Assembly: GCA_963733345.1 (NCBI GenBank)
Contig: CAVTDX010000109.1
Span: 1,786-65,785 of the forward strand
DNA from: an uncultured delta proteobacterium
Lineage (GTDB): Bacteria > Desulfobacterota > Syntrophorhabdia > Syntrophorhabdales > WCHB1-27
Direction: 5' to 3'
Length of the DNA stretch: 64,000 bases
Shown: one piece after another, positions 1-8,877 of the stretch
Position numbering within the stretch: position 1 is the stretch's first letter
How the letters are laid out: each line of letters begins with the position of its first letter
Translations under genes and position numbers: made by a program
The notes under the pieces: model-generated
What the model saw: only the letters and a program-made list of their open reading frames with translations
Database searches by the model: none
Told to the model about the DNA's origin: nothing

Positions 1-341
1 GGGCAACCATGGTATACAGCCCCCAGGTCGACATACTGGAGAGGCCGCACGATATACTGGTGATGGCGGACATGCCGGGGGTCGACGAGAAATCGGTCGA
101 CGTCAACCTGGAAAAGAACGTATTGAGCATCTACGGCAGGGTGGATGACGTCTCCTTCGACAACTATCGTCCACTGCATATGGAGTACGGAATCGGCGAT
201 TTTGAGCGGACCTTCACGCTCTCCGACGAGATAGACAGGGACGGCATTCAGGCTTCCGTGAAAAACGGCGTGCTGAGGCTCTTACTGCCGAAGGCGGCGG
301 CGGCGAAGAGCAGGAAGATCGCTGTCAGCGCGGAGGCATAG
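1..341 (+). CDS. Hsp20/alpha-crystallin small heat-shock protein, 5' partial (mirror copy in the left palindrome arm)
   Basis: ORF 9..341. ACD-type sequence VDILERPHDILVMADMPGVDEKSVDV..VLSIYG..GVLRLLLPK. The frame stays open to position 1. Confidence 0.8.
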   Translation, partial: ATMVYSPQVDILERPHDILVMADMPGVDEKSVDVNLEKNVLSIYGRVDDVSFDNYRPLHMEYGIGDFERTFTLSDEIDRDGIQASVKNGVLRLLLPKAAAAKSRKIAVSAEA

Positions 342-366
342 AGATTACGCGAAGGGGGTGATTCAT

Positions 367-636
367 ATGTCAGGCAAAGATGTCGCAATACAGAAAGGGA
401 CGGGAAAAACCTTAGCCGGGAGGCGGGAATGGATGAATCCCATAGACTCCTTTCGGCAGGAGATGGACAGGCTGATGGAAAACTTCTTCCAGGGTTTCGG
501 CCTGCGGCCTTTCGATATGAGAATTGCCGGCTTCACGCCTCACGTCGACGTCATTGACGCCGGCAAGACGGTCACGGTCTCCGTGGAACTGCCGGGGATG
601 GATGAAAAGGACATCGAGGTATCGCTGACCGGCGAT
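367..636 (+). pseudogene. Hsp20-family paralogue, 3' truncated at the palindrome axis (left-arm copy)
   Basis: AAGGGGGTG RBS then ATG 367. FTPHVDVIDAGKTVTVSVELPGMDEKDIEVSLTGD is ACD-like. The reading frame then runs into its own reverse complement after 636. Confidence 0.7.
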
Positions 637-645
637 GCCCTCACC

Positions 646-915
646 ATCGCCGGTCAGCGATACCTCGATGTCCTTTTCATCCATCCCCGGCAGTTCCACG
701 GAGACCGTGACCGTCTTGCCGGCGTCAATGACGTCGACGTGAGGCGTGAAGCCGGCAATTCTCATATCGAAAGGCCGCAGGCCGAAACCCTGGAAGAAGT
801 TTTCCATCAGCCTGTCCATCTCCTGCCGAAAGGAGTCTATGGGATTCATCCATTCCCGCCTCCCGGCTAAGGTTTTTCCCGTCCCTTTCTGTATTGCGAC
901 ATCTTTGCCTGACAT
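646..915 (-). pseudogene. Hsp20-family paralogue, 3' truncated at the palindrome axis (right-arm copy)
   Basis: Exact mirror of 367..636 (x maps to 1282-x). Same protein as ORF 412..924(-). Confidence 0.7.
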
Positions 916-940
916 ATGAATCACCCCCTTCGCGTAATCT

Positions 941-1348
941 CTATGCCTCCGCGCTGACAGCGATCTTCCTGCTCTTCGCCGCCGCCGCCTTCGGCAGTAA
1001 GAGCCTCAGCACGCCGTTTTTCACGGAAGCCTGAATGCCGTCCCTGTCTATCTCGTCGGAGAGCGTGAAGGTTCGCTCAAAATCGCCGATTCCGTACTCC
1101 ATATGCAGTGGACGATAGTTGTCGAAGGAGACGTCATCCACCCTGCCGTAGATGCTCAATACGTTCTTTTCCAGGTTGACGTCGACCGATTTCTCGTCGA
1201 CCCCCGGCATGTCCGCCATCACCAGTATATCGTGCGGCCTCTCCAGTATGTCGACCTGGGGCTGTATACCATGGTTGCCCTCATACGCTCGATGCGCTCG
1301 GGCGCCTCAGCCTCTTTCTTCTGTACCTGCTTTACCGTCTTTGCCATG
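941..1348 (-). CDS. Hsp20/alpha-crystallin small heat-shock protein, with an apparent 1-nt deletion in the homopolymer at 1258-1261
   Basis: ATG 1348 gives MAKTVKQVQKKEAEAPERIERMRATMVYSP. The frame then breaks where this arm has 4 G/C and the left arm has 5. The rest equals ORF 941..1222(-). Confidence 0.75.
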
Positions 1349-1360
1349 ATCTTCCTCCCT

Positions 1361-1798
1361 TCACTCAGACTTGACTTTGATGGTCTTCGGTTTGTCCGCG
1401 TGAGACTTGGGCAGCGTCACCTTCAGGATGCCTTTGCGGAACGTGGCCTCCACTGCGTTGGCTTCGATATTAAAAGGCAGCTCGATGGTCTTGCTGAACT
1501 CCCCCTCCCACCGCTCCTGCCGGTGGTACGCGTCCTCCTTTTTTTCTGGTTCCGGCGCGCGGCGGCCCCTTAACACAACCGTCTTTCCCGCAACCGATAT
1601 CTCAACGGACGCCAGGTCCATGCCCGGTATCTCCGTGGTGAGTATAGCCTCATCCGCATTCGCCCAAATATTCACCAGGGGGAACTCGCTCGTCGGCAAC
1701 GTCGGCGCGGCGACCCTATCCCTCTGGCTTGCAAGCCAATCGAGGCCGGGCCATGGATCAAAACCTCTGCCGAACCTGTCCAGCTCTGTCCACAACAT
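1361..1798 (-). CDS. Hsp20/alpha-crystallin small heat-shock protein
   Basis: ORF 1361..1837(-). AAGGAGG RBS sits 7 nt before ATG 1798 (MLWTELDRFGR). ACD-like PLVNIWANADEAILTTEIPGMDLASVEISV..GILKVTLPK. Confidence 0.85.
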   Translation of the reverse strand: MLWTELDRFGRGFDPWPGLDWLASQRDRVAAPTLPTSEFPLVNIWANADEAILTTEIPGMDLASVEISVAGKTVVLRGRRAPEPEKKEDAYHRQERWEGEFSKTIELPFNIEANAVEATFRKGILKVTLPKSHADKPKTIKVKSE

Positions 1799-2116
1799 AC
1801 GTACCTCCTTGTTCTGATATCCGGGCATATTTGGCAATAGCCCGCGTCAACTGCTAAGTAGAATATAACGAGGTCAGCGATTCGCGCAAGGCCCGAAAAG
1901 ACGCAACGCCGCCCTTCACGTTAATCGCCGTACCCGGACGACGGAAGGGGCAACACCCTCGCCCGGTCCTGCTCCAACTACGGTTAGCTGGATTCAGGTC
2001 GATCAGGCAAGGGATACGGAGCGGCCGGCAGAAAAGCGCTTAAGGGAGCATAGCCTTGGCGCCTTAAGATCCGGGCGTCTTATGCAAGAGATTGTTTTCA
2101 CGACCGTACTATTTTC

Positions 2117-2145
2117 TTGACAGGTACAATGATAGCTGATAGCAT
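2117..2145 (+). promoter_or_regulatory. Sigma70-like promoter
   Basis: TTGACA (2117-2122), 17 nt spacer, TAGCAT (2140-2145). About 140 nt upstream of the substrate-binding protein start. Confidence 0.4.
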
Positions 2146-2285
2146 CGACAGCAGGCCTCCAACAAAAACGGCGCGGGCATAAATGACGGGTCCTTCTTGT
2201 AAAACCCAAGCAGGGGAAGATATAGCCGTATTGGTGATAGGCAGTAACAACAACTTTTCATAATTCTAAAACGGAGGCAATCTGT

Positions 2286-3609
2286 ATGAAAGAAAAGAAA
2301 GGGGAGAAAGGACGATTTGCGGGAAGAAGGTTTATCCGGACCTCATTGATTGTCGTTGCGGGAATTATCATGGCTGCTGCCCTTCTCGCGGGTCCTGTTC
2401 TGTCGCCATCCATGGCTGCCGAGGCCCAAACGCCCCAAAGACCGATAAAGTTGGCGCTCTTTGGCGTCATCAGCGGGCCAGCCGGCATGGCAGGCGAGGC
2501 TTGCCGCCGCGCAACGGAGATGTGGGTGGACGACGTTAACGGAAGAGGAGGACTCCTCGGGAGAAAGGTTGAATTCGTCCAATACGATACGGGCGGCAAA
2601 CCCGAAGAAGCCGTGCGCTGGGCGAGGGAATTTGCGGCCGATAAAGATACCGATTTTCTTTTTGCCCATGGTTCGAGCGCAGAGAGTTTTGCTGTCGGCG
2701 CAGTTTCGAGGGAGATCAAGAAGGTCATTTTTGTGACTAACGAGACCACGGAGTTTACGGCGGATCCAAAAGTCAGGAGTCCTTACTGCTTCAGGTCGGC
2801 CACCAATACCTTACTCATTAATGTCGCGGGCGCCCAGTATGCCGCTAAGAAATCAAAGGAACTCGGTCTTGCCCGGTGGTACACGATAAACTCGGATTAC
2901 GCGTACGGCAGAGACCAGGTGCGCGTTTTCGTTGAATTCCTGAAAAAGTTCGACCCTGATGTTCAGATCGTGGGACAGGCCTGGCCGAAGCTCGGCGAGC
3001 CCGATTTCACACCGCACATCACCGCGATCATGGCGGCGAAACCCGATGCCGTATTCGACGGGCTTTGGGGAGGGGATGCGGCCAACTTCATGAAACAGGG
3101 GTCGATGTACGGGCTTCTGGACAAGGGCAAGTGGTTTAATGACTCCTTGACCGATTCTCCGGTCGTGGATTCTTTAAAAAAGGGCCTGGGCAAGTTTCCG
3201 GCTGGATTATATGCGACAACGAGGTCCGTACGTACGTTCCCCGACACAAAAGAGAATCACGACTTTTATGACACGCATGTAAAGCGGTTATGGTTCCCCT
3301 CCGATTCACTGGACCTGGGAAGCCTACACTGCCTGTTTGTTGCTCGAAGGGGCGGTGAAGAAGGCAAAAACCACCGAGACCGAGGCCGTCGTCCGCGCCC
3401 TGAAAGACCTGACAGTCAAATCTCCCATAGGAGTCGGGCCGAATGGAACGGTCACCATGCGAGGCAGGGATGGTCAGTTGATCTACTGGGCGTTGGGGTG
3501 GGGGGTTACCACTTCACAGGAACCCTATCTGACGGATATAGTCCCAGGGTCGTGGGACGAGATGCTTAAAGAAGAAACGGCATGGCTAAAAAACAAAGGG
3601 TGGCTGTAA
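2286..3609 (+). CDS. ABC transporter periplasmic substrate-binding protein (Leu/Ile/Val-binding, LivK-like) with a Tat-type signal; apparent +1 frameshift near 3288
   Basis: ORF 2286..3569 has GRRFIRTS plus a hydrophobic segment and a family-typical core. The conserved C-terminus (YGSPPIHWTWEAYTACLLLEGAVKKAKT..) continues in the next frame (ORF 3337..3609). Confidence 0.8.
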
Positions 3610-3916
3610 GGAAGCAGCCTGAAAAGAATGCCGGACAGGGTGGGTTGTTCCCTTAAAAAAACAGTCGAATAGCGCCCTCGCCGCTCTGGAATGCAGGAAG
3701 CAACGACTCGCAGGTGCACTGACTAAGGTCGTTTTCCCGGCCGAGGCGATTTTTGATGTATAATGCGTAAGGCCAGAGTCCGCCCGCCGGAGCGTATAAA
3801 ACGGTGGGCCGGGCGACCGACCTCAAAGCTTGCTATGGGCGGGCGGCAAGTGAGAACGGCGCGGCCCCGCCGACGACGAAGCTATCCGCGCAATTCACCC
3901 GGCCGGGCCAGTCGCG

Positions 3917-3946
3917 TTGCGCCCGCCCCCCCTTTAATGCTATACT
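3917..3946 (+). promoter_or_regulatory. Possible sigma70 promoter with an extended -10
   Basis: TTGCGC (3917-3922), 18 nt spacer, TGcTATACT (-10 at 3941-3946). About 80 nt upstream of tatA. Confidence 0.3.
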
Positions 3947-4026
3947 CCTTTTTTGAGGACGCGGCCTATGCGCGCACGTTTGCCCCCTGTTTCCTCACGG
4001 CAGCGTGAGCCTAAGGAGGAAAGAAC

Positions 4027-4209
4027 ATGGGTTTCCCTAAACTGCTCGTACTGATGGTCATTGTATTGATAATCTTCGGCGCAGGCAAGCTCCCCAACGT
4101 AGGCGGCGCCCTCGGCAAGGGAATAAAGAACTTCAGGAAATCGCTGAAGGAGTCGAACGAGATCGACATTACTCCGAAGGACGGCCCGGAGAAGCCGAAT
4201 TCGCCTTAA
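4027..4209 (+). CDS. tatA: Twin-arginine translocase subunit TatA/E
   Basis: 60 aa: N-terminal TM helix then [26 protein letters not shown], the TatA signature. AAGGAGG RBS. Confidence 0.9.
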   Translation: MGFPKLLVLMVIVLIIFGAGKLPNVGGALGKGIKNFRKSLKESNEIDITPKDGPEKPNSP

Positions 4210-4216
4210 AGCGAAC

Positions 4217-4725
4217 ATGGCGGGCAGCGCGCACATCGGCGTAGGGTCCAATATCGGCGATGCCCTTCAAAACTGTCTGCGAGGCGTAAGGTCTGTAATC
4301 TGGACGAGAGGGCGTCCTTCGTCGCCCTCTCGTCTTTCTATCGCACCTCCCCCGTCTCCCCCGCGGCCCAGAGCGACTTCGTGAACTGCGTCCTGAAAAT
4401 AGCCTGGCGCGGCGCACCGAGAGAACTGCTCTCGTTTCTGCTGGAAGTGGAAACAGCCCTCGGCAGGACAAGGGAGATCAGGTTCGGGCCGCGAACCATC
4501 GATCTGGACATCCTTTTGTTTGAGGACCTCCTCCTTGACGAGCCCGGCCTTACGATCCCCCACCCCAGGCTGCACGAGAGAAAGTTTGCCGTCGTCCCCT
4601 GTCTCGAGATAGACCCCGGTCTGGTCCATCCGGGCTTCAAGAGGCCCCTGGCCGAGTACCTGCATCAGATAGGGGGGGACCAGAAAATCGAGCTGCTCGG
4701 TAAGGTCTTGTTGCATCTCCCGTAG
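4217..4725 (+). CDS. folK: 2-amino-4-hydroxy-6-hydroxymethyldihydropterin pyrophosphokinase (HPPK); apparent -1 frameshift near 4297
   Basis: ATG 4217 gives [67 protein letters not shown] lies in the frame of ORF 4381..4725. Confidence 0.8.
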
Positions 4726-4819
4726 AGTAGTGCTATTCTCACAGGGCTTTCGCAAATCATGGGACATCGACCGCCATTGCCCGGAAAGAAGAACCGCGGA
4801 CAGGACACGGGAGGGGAGG

Positions 4820-5464
4820 ATGAAGTTCTTTATCGACACGGCCAATGTGGATGAAATAAAGAAGGGGCGCGAGATGGGGCTGGTGGACGGCGTTACCACG
4901 AACCCCAGCCTGCTCGCGAGGGAAAAGAGGGACCCCGAAGCGACGATCAGGGAGATCCTCGCCCTGATTCCCGGCCCGGTCAGCCTTGAGGCGCTTGCGA
5001 CGCAAGCCGCAGAGATGGTCGAGGAGGCTCGCCGCCTGGCCTCCCTTGGAGATCAGGTGGTCGTGAAGATCCCCATGACCGGGGAAGGCATGAAAGCGGT
5101 AAAGATATTGTCGCAGGAAAAGATCAGGACGAACGTGACCCTCGTCTTCCAGCCCCTCCAGGCGTTGATCGCCGCAAAGGCCGGCGCCGCCTATGTGAGC
5201 CCCTTCGTCGGGCGGCTCGACGACGTCTCCACCCCAGGGCTGGAGCTCGTCGAGCAGATCATCGACATCTACACGAATTACGGCTTCGATACTGAGATTA
5301 TCGTGGCGAGCGTGCGGAACCCCCTGCACGTGCTCCGCGCGGCGATGATCGGGGCGGACATCGCGACTATCCCCTTCAATATCCTGAAACAGCTTATGAG
5401 CCACCCCCTCACCGACATAGGGATCGAGCGGTTCCTGAAAGACTACGAGACATTGAGAGGGTAA
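4820..5464 (+). CDS. tal: Transaldolase / fructose-6-phosphate aldolase (TalC/Fsa family)
   Basis: [62 protein letters not shown] before ATG 4820. Confidence 0.85.
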   Translation: MKFFIDTANVDEIKKGREMGLVDGVTTNPSLLAREKRDPEATIREILALIPGPVSLEALATQAAEMVEEARRLASLGDQVVVKIPMTGEGMKAVKILSQEKIRTNVTLVFQPLQALIAAKAGAAYVSPFVGRLDDVSTPGLELVEQIIDIYTNYGFDTEIIVASVRNPLHVLRAAMIGADIATIPFNILKQLMSHPLTDIGIERFLKDYETLRG

Positions 5465-5625
5465 GCGCCTAAAAAGAGGGCGGAAGGTCTGTTTCCCAGA
5501 CAGCTTCTTCCTGCACTCTTTGCTTGGAATCCCTTTCTATTTTGTGCGATAGTATGAACAGTAATGCTTATGAAGAGTACGTCCCCGCCGTTCGGATATA
5601 CTTCAAGAAATAGGAGGCGCCCCGC

Positions 5626-5844
5626 ATGGATAGCCAGTATACCGCAATAATAAAGCGGCAAGGCGATTGGTGGATAGGATGGGTAGAGGAAGTGCCAGGG
5701 GTAAATTGCCAGGAGCGTAGCCGGAAAGAATTGGTGGAAAGTCTTCGCGTGACCCTCCGGGAAGCCATCGAGTTCAACCGTCAAGACGCGATAGCATCGG
5801 CAGGAACAGAATACGAAGAAGAAGGGATAGCCGTATCTGAGTGA
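5626..5844 (+). CDS. hicB: HicB-like antitoxin (UPF0150 family)
   Basis: 72 aa: YTAIIKRQGDWWIGWVEEVPGVNCQERSRKELVESLRVTLREAIEF is typical of HicB_lk. Its stop overlaps the next start (GTGA). Confidence 0.7.
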   Translation: MDSQYTAIIKRQGDWWIGWVEEVPGVNCQERSRKELVESLRVTLREAIEFNRQDAIASAGTEYEEEGIAVSE

Positions 5845-6030
5845 AAAGAACCGAACTGTTGAAGCACCTACAGGCACACGGTTGCGAATTTATAAGAGAA
5901 GGCCATCGACACCCCTGGTGGGGAAACCCCCGGCCTAAACAAACATTCTTCAGTGCCAAGACATAGAGAAATTGACGACGGGCTTGCGAAAAAGATATGC
6001 AAGGACCTCGGAATAGAACCGATAAAGTGA
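5841..6030 (+). CDS. hicA: HicA-like mRNA interferase toxin; apparent +1 frameshift near 5950
   Basis: GTG 5841: VKRTELLKHLQAHGCEFIREGHRHPWWGNP.. stops at 5964. The conserved tail VPRHREIDDGLAKKICKDLGIEPIK* continues in the next frame to 6030. Confidence 0.65.
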
Positions 6031-6741
6031 GCCGTAACGAATAGCCGCCGAACATGGCATCGACACAAGACCCTGAAGAGCGACATTGCCAGGGTGAAGA
6101 CCATCAGGCCTATGACAGAGAAAGTTATAATGGAATGGGCGTCCCTATGCCCCCCGAGGGCAGGTCCTATCGGAACAGAAAGGGCCTGAAAGAGTAAGAA
6201 AAGGAGGCTTTATCGAGAGGGAAAACCGAGGTTGGCCGGTAAAGGCAGAAAACTTCGTTCATCCATAGGGGGAATCTCTGTGCAGGGTTCAAGCCGGCGA
6301 CAGGGCGAGGTCTATGAAACGGCCGATTTCGAGGGTCGATAGATGGCTGATTTCGAGGGTGTTTGAACGGCCGCCCACACCTTGTACTGCTTTTCCAACC
6401 CACCCCATCCCCTTATTTTCCTCGGTGAAACGATATATGCAGCGGTACGTCCATTCCCGTCCCGTTTCCCCTCGTTTTTGGCTTGACCATGTGAGAAGCA
6501 TAGCATTAGAATGTAATTCGATGTCAAGAGAAAAATTCAGGGGACTTGTAACGCGTTCTCCTACAACGAAATAAAATGCTACAATGGAATGTCATCGTCC
6601 TCGGGCGGAAAGTCGGCGTCGCTCGCTCCCGCGGGCTGGTGTTTTGGAGTGGACACTTTGTAGTTGCTTGCTCGAAAGGATTTCATTGTGGTAATATCGC
6701 AGAAAGAAGAAGGACGTCGCCAACAGGAAAGGATGGAGCAT

Positions 6742-7497
6742 ATGAAACGGCACATGTTTTTGCTTACAGCGGTCCTGACAGCAATACTTTTGGGAGGTTG
6801 TGCGCATGCCCCTGTGATCGTATCCCAGGTTTCATCCTTTCATGAGCTTTCTCCAGACCCTTCGGGAACAACTTATGTGGTCCTGTCTTATCAGGACGCC
6901 GTTTTCGCGCTTACAATGCTCGCAGGCGCTACAGGACAGGAGAAGGCATCCATTGAGAACAACAGGAGACTCGCGCTTGAGCACTTAGAGCAGCTGGCGA
7001 AAGGGGAGGAGGGAAGCCCCGAAGATAAAGCGTACAAAACACTTGTGAAGCAGGGCCTGGATGCGAAGGGATTCAAGGAAACGACCTTTAACGAAGCTGC
7101 CGTCATTGCCTTCGTGGCTTATGGTGTCGACGCGGGGAAGGATGTAGTTTCGTCATATCCTATTATCGGACAGACGGGCGTCTCGTCAAAGCAGACGACT
7201 GGGGTTCTAACCCCTTCTGGAGTCTTTTCTTCGTCCACCACGTATACGCCTCAGTACGGGGTGGTCGGCACAGGCGTTACGTCTCAAAGAGTGTTCGCTC
7301 GCACTCTCGAATTACGGCTCATCGACAGGAAGGCATTCACGGAAGGCAAGATGAAGGTAGTCTATGAGGGGAAGGTTGTCAGTTCTGGGAGTTCGGGCCA
7401 ATTGCCTGTGGTTCTGCCGTGGATGATAAAGGCCCTGTTCGAGGATTTCCCGGGGAAGAGCGGTACCGTTAGAAAAGTGATCGATCGGCTGCCTTGA
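6742..7497 (+). CDS. Lipoprotein of unknown function (DUF4136-like C-terminal region)
   Basis: MKRHMFLLTAVLTAILLGGC lipobox. ORF 6664..7497, with starts at 6733 or 6742 preceded by GGAAAGG/GGAG. Confidence 0.6.
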   Translation: MKRHMFLLTAVLTAILLGGCAHAPVIVSQVSSFHELSPDPSGTTYVVLSYQDAVFALTMLAGATGQEKASIENNRRLALEHLEQLAKGEEGSPEDKAYKTLVKQGLDAKGFKETTFNEAAVIAFVAYGVDAGKDVVSSYPIIGQTGVSSKQTTGVLTPSGVFSSSTTYTPQYGVVGTGVTSQRVFARTLELRLIDRKAFTEGKMKVVYEGKVVSSGSSGQLPVVLPWMIKALFEDFPGKSGTVRKVIDRLP

Positions 7498-7527
7498 GCA
7501 TTTTGGGAATGGAGAAAAGAGAGCTAT

Positions 7528-7881
7528 ATGGGGAATGACACTGCTTCCGACACATTCTTAAATCCTGAGTCTTTGCAACGTAATCTCGTCGCAGCTTCCG
7601 TATTTATTGTTCTGTACGAAATGCTGCGGGATTTGCTTATCAATAGTCTCAGAGGATTAGGTGCAGCATGGATTCTTGCCACGAACGCCCTCGCAAGGAA
7701 TCCCATGAGAAATGGAAGGGCGGGAAATAGCCGGAGAGAAATAGGATTGAGGGGTCATGAAGAAGCGCTTCGAATTATCGCAAACCCAAGGCGTTGCGGT
7801 CTCAACCGAGAACCTAATAAAGGATTTAAAGGATGTGGCCGCCCAATTGGAAAGAGAGACTGTGACCTTCAGGCAGTATGA
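7528..7881 (+). CDS. Hypothetical ORF. Only the first ~45 codons look protein-like, so it may be a 5' gene fragment.
   Basis: ORF 7528..7881. [32 protein letters not shown] looks helical, then composition degrades. Overlaps the HNH gene start out of frame. Confidence 0.2.
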   Translation: MGNDTASDTFLNPESLQRNLVAASVFIVLYEMLRDLLINSLRGLGAAWILATNALARNPMRNGRAGNSRREIGLRGHEEALRIIANPRRCGLNREPNKGFKGCGRPIGKRDCDLQAV

Positions 7882-8437
7882 GAAGATGGGCAAATACTCA
7901 TGTCAGACAATCCAAAGACGGCTCGGCTCCTGGAACGCGGCTCTTGAAAAAGCGGGTCTATGTATATCTAACGAGCTCAACATCACCGAGGAACGCCTTT
8001 TTCAAAACATAGAGCGGCTTTGGATTAAGCTCGGAAGACAGCCACGAAAGAGAGACGTCAATTCATCATTGTCTGAGTATTCCGACGGGCCATACATACG
8101 CCTATTTCGAAGCTGGCGCGAGGCACTGCAACAGTTCGTCGTCTACGTGAACTCCCAAGAAGAGGCCGAGGGCGGTGCTGAGGTGCGGTCCCACACAAGC
8201 AGACCTCAACCACGTACGAGCAGAGACCCTTCTCTGCGTCTCCGGTTTTTGGTAATGCGAAGAGACGACTTTAAGTGTCAGCACTGCGGAAGAAGCCCTG
8301 CGACCCACGCGAACATTGATTTGCACATAGACCATGTCAGGCCCTGGTCTGAGGGCGGTGAGACGACGTTCGATAATCTCAGGACCCTGTGTAGCGACTG
8401 CAATTTGGGAAAAGGAAATTTAATGGAGAACTGCTAA
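7757..8437 (+). CDS. HNH endonuclease with N-terminal homing-endonuclease-associated repeats
   Basis: Two repeats of type [28 protein letters not shown] / [19 protein letters not shown]-terminal [36 protein letters not shown] is the HNH motif. Confidence 0.8.
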   Translation: MKKRFELSQTQGVAVSTENLIKDLKDVAAQLERETVTFRQYEKMGKYSCQTIQRRLGSWNAALEKAGLCISNELNITEERLFQNIERLWIKLGRQPRKRDVNSSLSEYSDGPYIRLFRSWREALQQFVVYVNSQEEAEGGAEVRSHTSRPQPRTSRDPSLRLRFLVMRRDDFKCQHCGRSPATHANIDLHIDHVRPWSEGGETTFDNLRTLCSDCNLGKGNLMENC

Positions 8438-8877
8438 CAATCCGACTGCACCTGATCGTCGAAAAAGGTGGCTCCAGATGAGCGGTGCGTCACTCTCTTA
8501 TGCCCCGTAATGCGCAACTACTGCAATAGATCACTGGCGATGAATTGTAGGTGACGGCGTGCTTCACCGCCATTGGGTGCCTACAAGGAATGCCACAGGT
8601 ACTCGTGAAAGCCGCGATGGAGGCTCTGGGGTGTAATCTTGAACCTTGGCGGGCAGGAGTGGGACAAGGCGAGCTTCCTGAAATACACAACCGCCGTGTA
8701 TGATGGGTGGTTCAGCATTACCGGTGGTAACTCGCGGAGCTGGTTCCGGGAAGATCGCTGAGAGTTTTATATTGAACCCGTGGGGGAGAGTGAGCGATTT
8801 TATTGGTCTGGATAAAGACAACATGGTAGAATAAATACAGGCATCATGAAATCGTGAGGAAATAGTAGGAGTGGAAG

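Larger units (their letters stand above)
1..1280. repeat. Large near-perfect palindrome: arm 1-636 is the reverse complement of arm 646-1280, with a 9-bp asymmetric centre at 637-645
   Basis: Compared every 10-mer by hand. Only 1 substitution (G209 vs T1073) and 1 homopolymer indel (C5 at 20-24 vs G4 at 1258-1261). The ORF track shows mirror-image ORFs 358..870(+) and 412..924(-). Confidence 0.97.

Noticed and set aside
1838-1900. Heat-shock promoter (sigma32-like GTTGACG..CCAAATAT) or CIRCE element upstream of the hsp20 cluster
   Set aside because: There is only a partial match to the sigma32 consensus with uncertain spacing, and no CIRCE inverted repeat.
3610-3619. GGAAGCAGCC, identical to the most conserved SRP (4.5S) RNA decamer, right after the SBP stop codon
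   Set aside because: The flanking sequence lacks the rest of the SRP domain IV consensus (no GGUCCGGAAGG context and no symmetric partner strand). More likely it is part of a small GGCTG..CAGCC hairpin.
3757-3935. TATAAT box (3757-3762) followed by about 170 nt of GC-rich, stem-forming sequence upstream of tatA; possible sRNA
   Set aside because: Pairings such as CCGCCCGCC/GGCGGGCGG are easy to find in GC-rich DNA. No terminator and no match to any RNA family I know, so it cannot be supported without expression data.
8440-8870. Fragments of reading frames (e.g. DKASFLKYTTAVYDGWFSITGGNSRSWFREDR) between the HNH gene and the WG-repeat gene
   Set aside because: They look like decayed coding sequence, but I could not assign a family or define boundaries. 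Not reportable as a feature.
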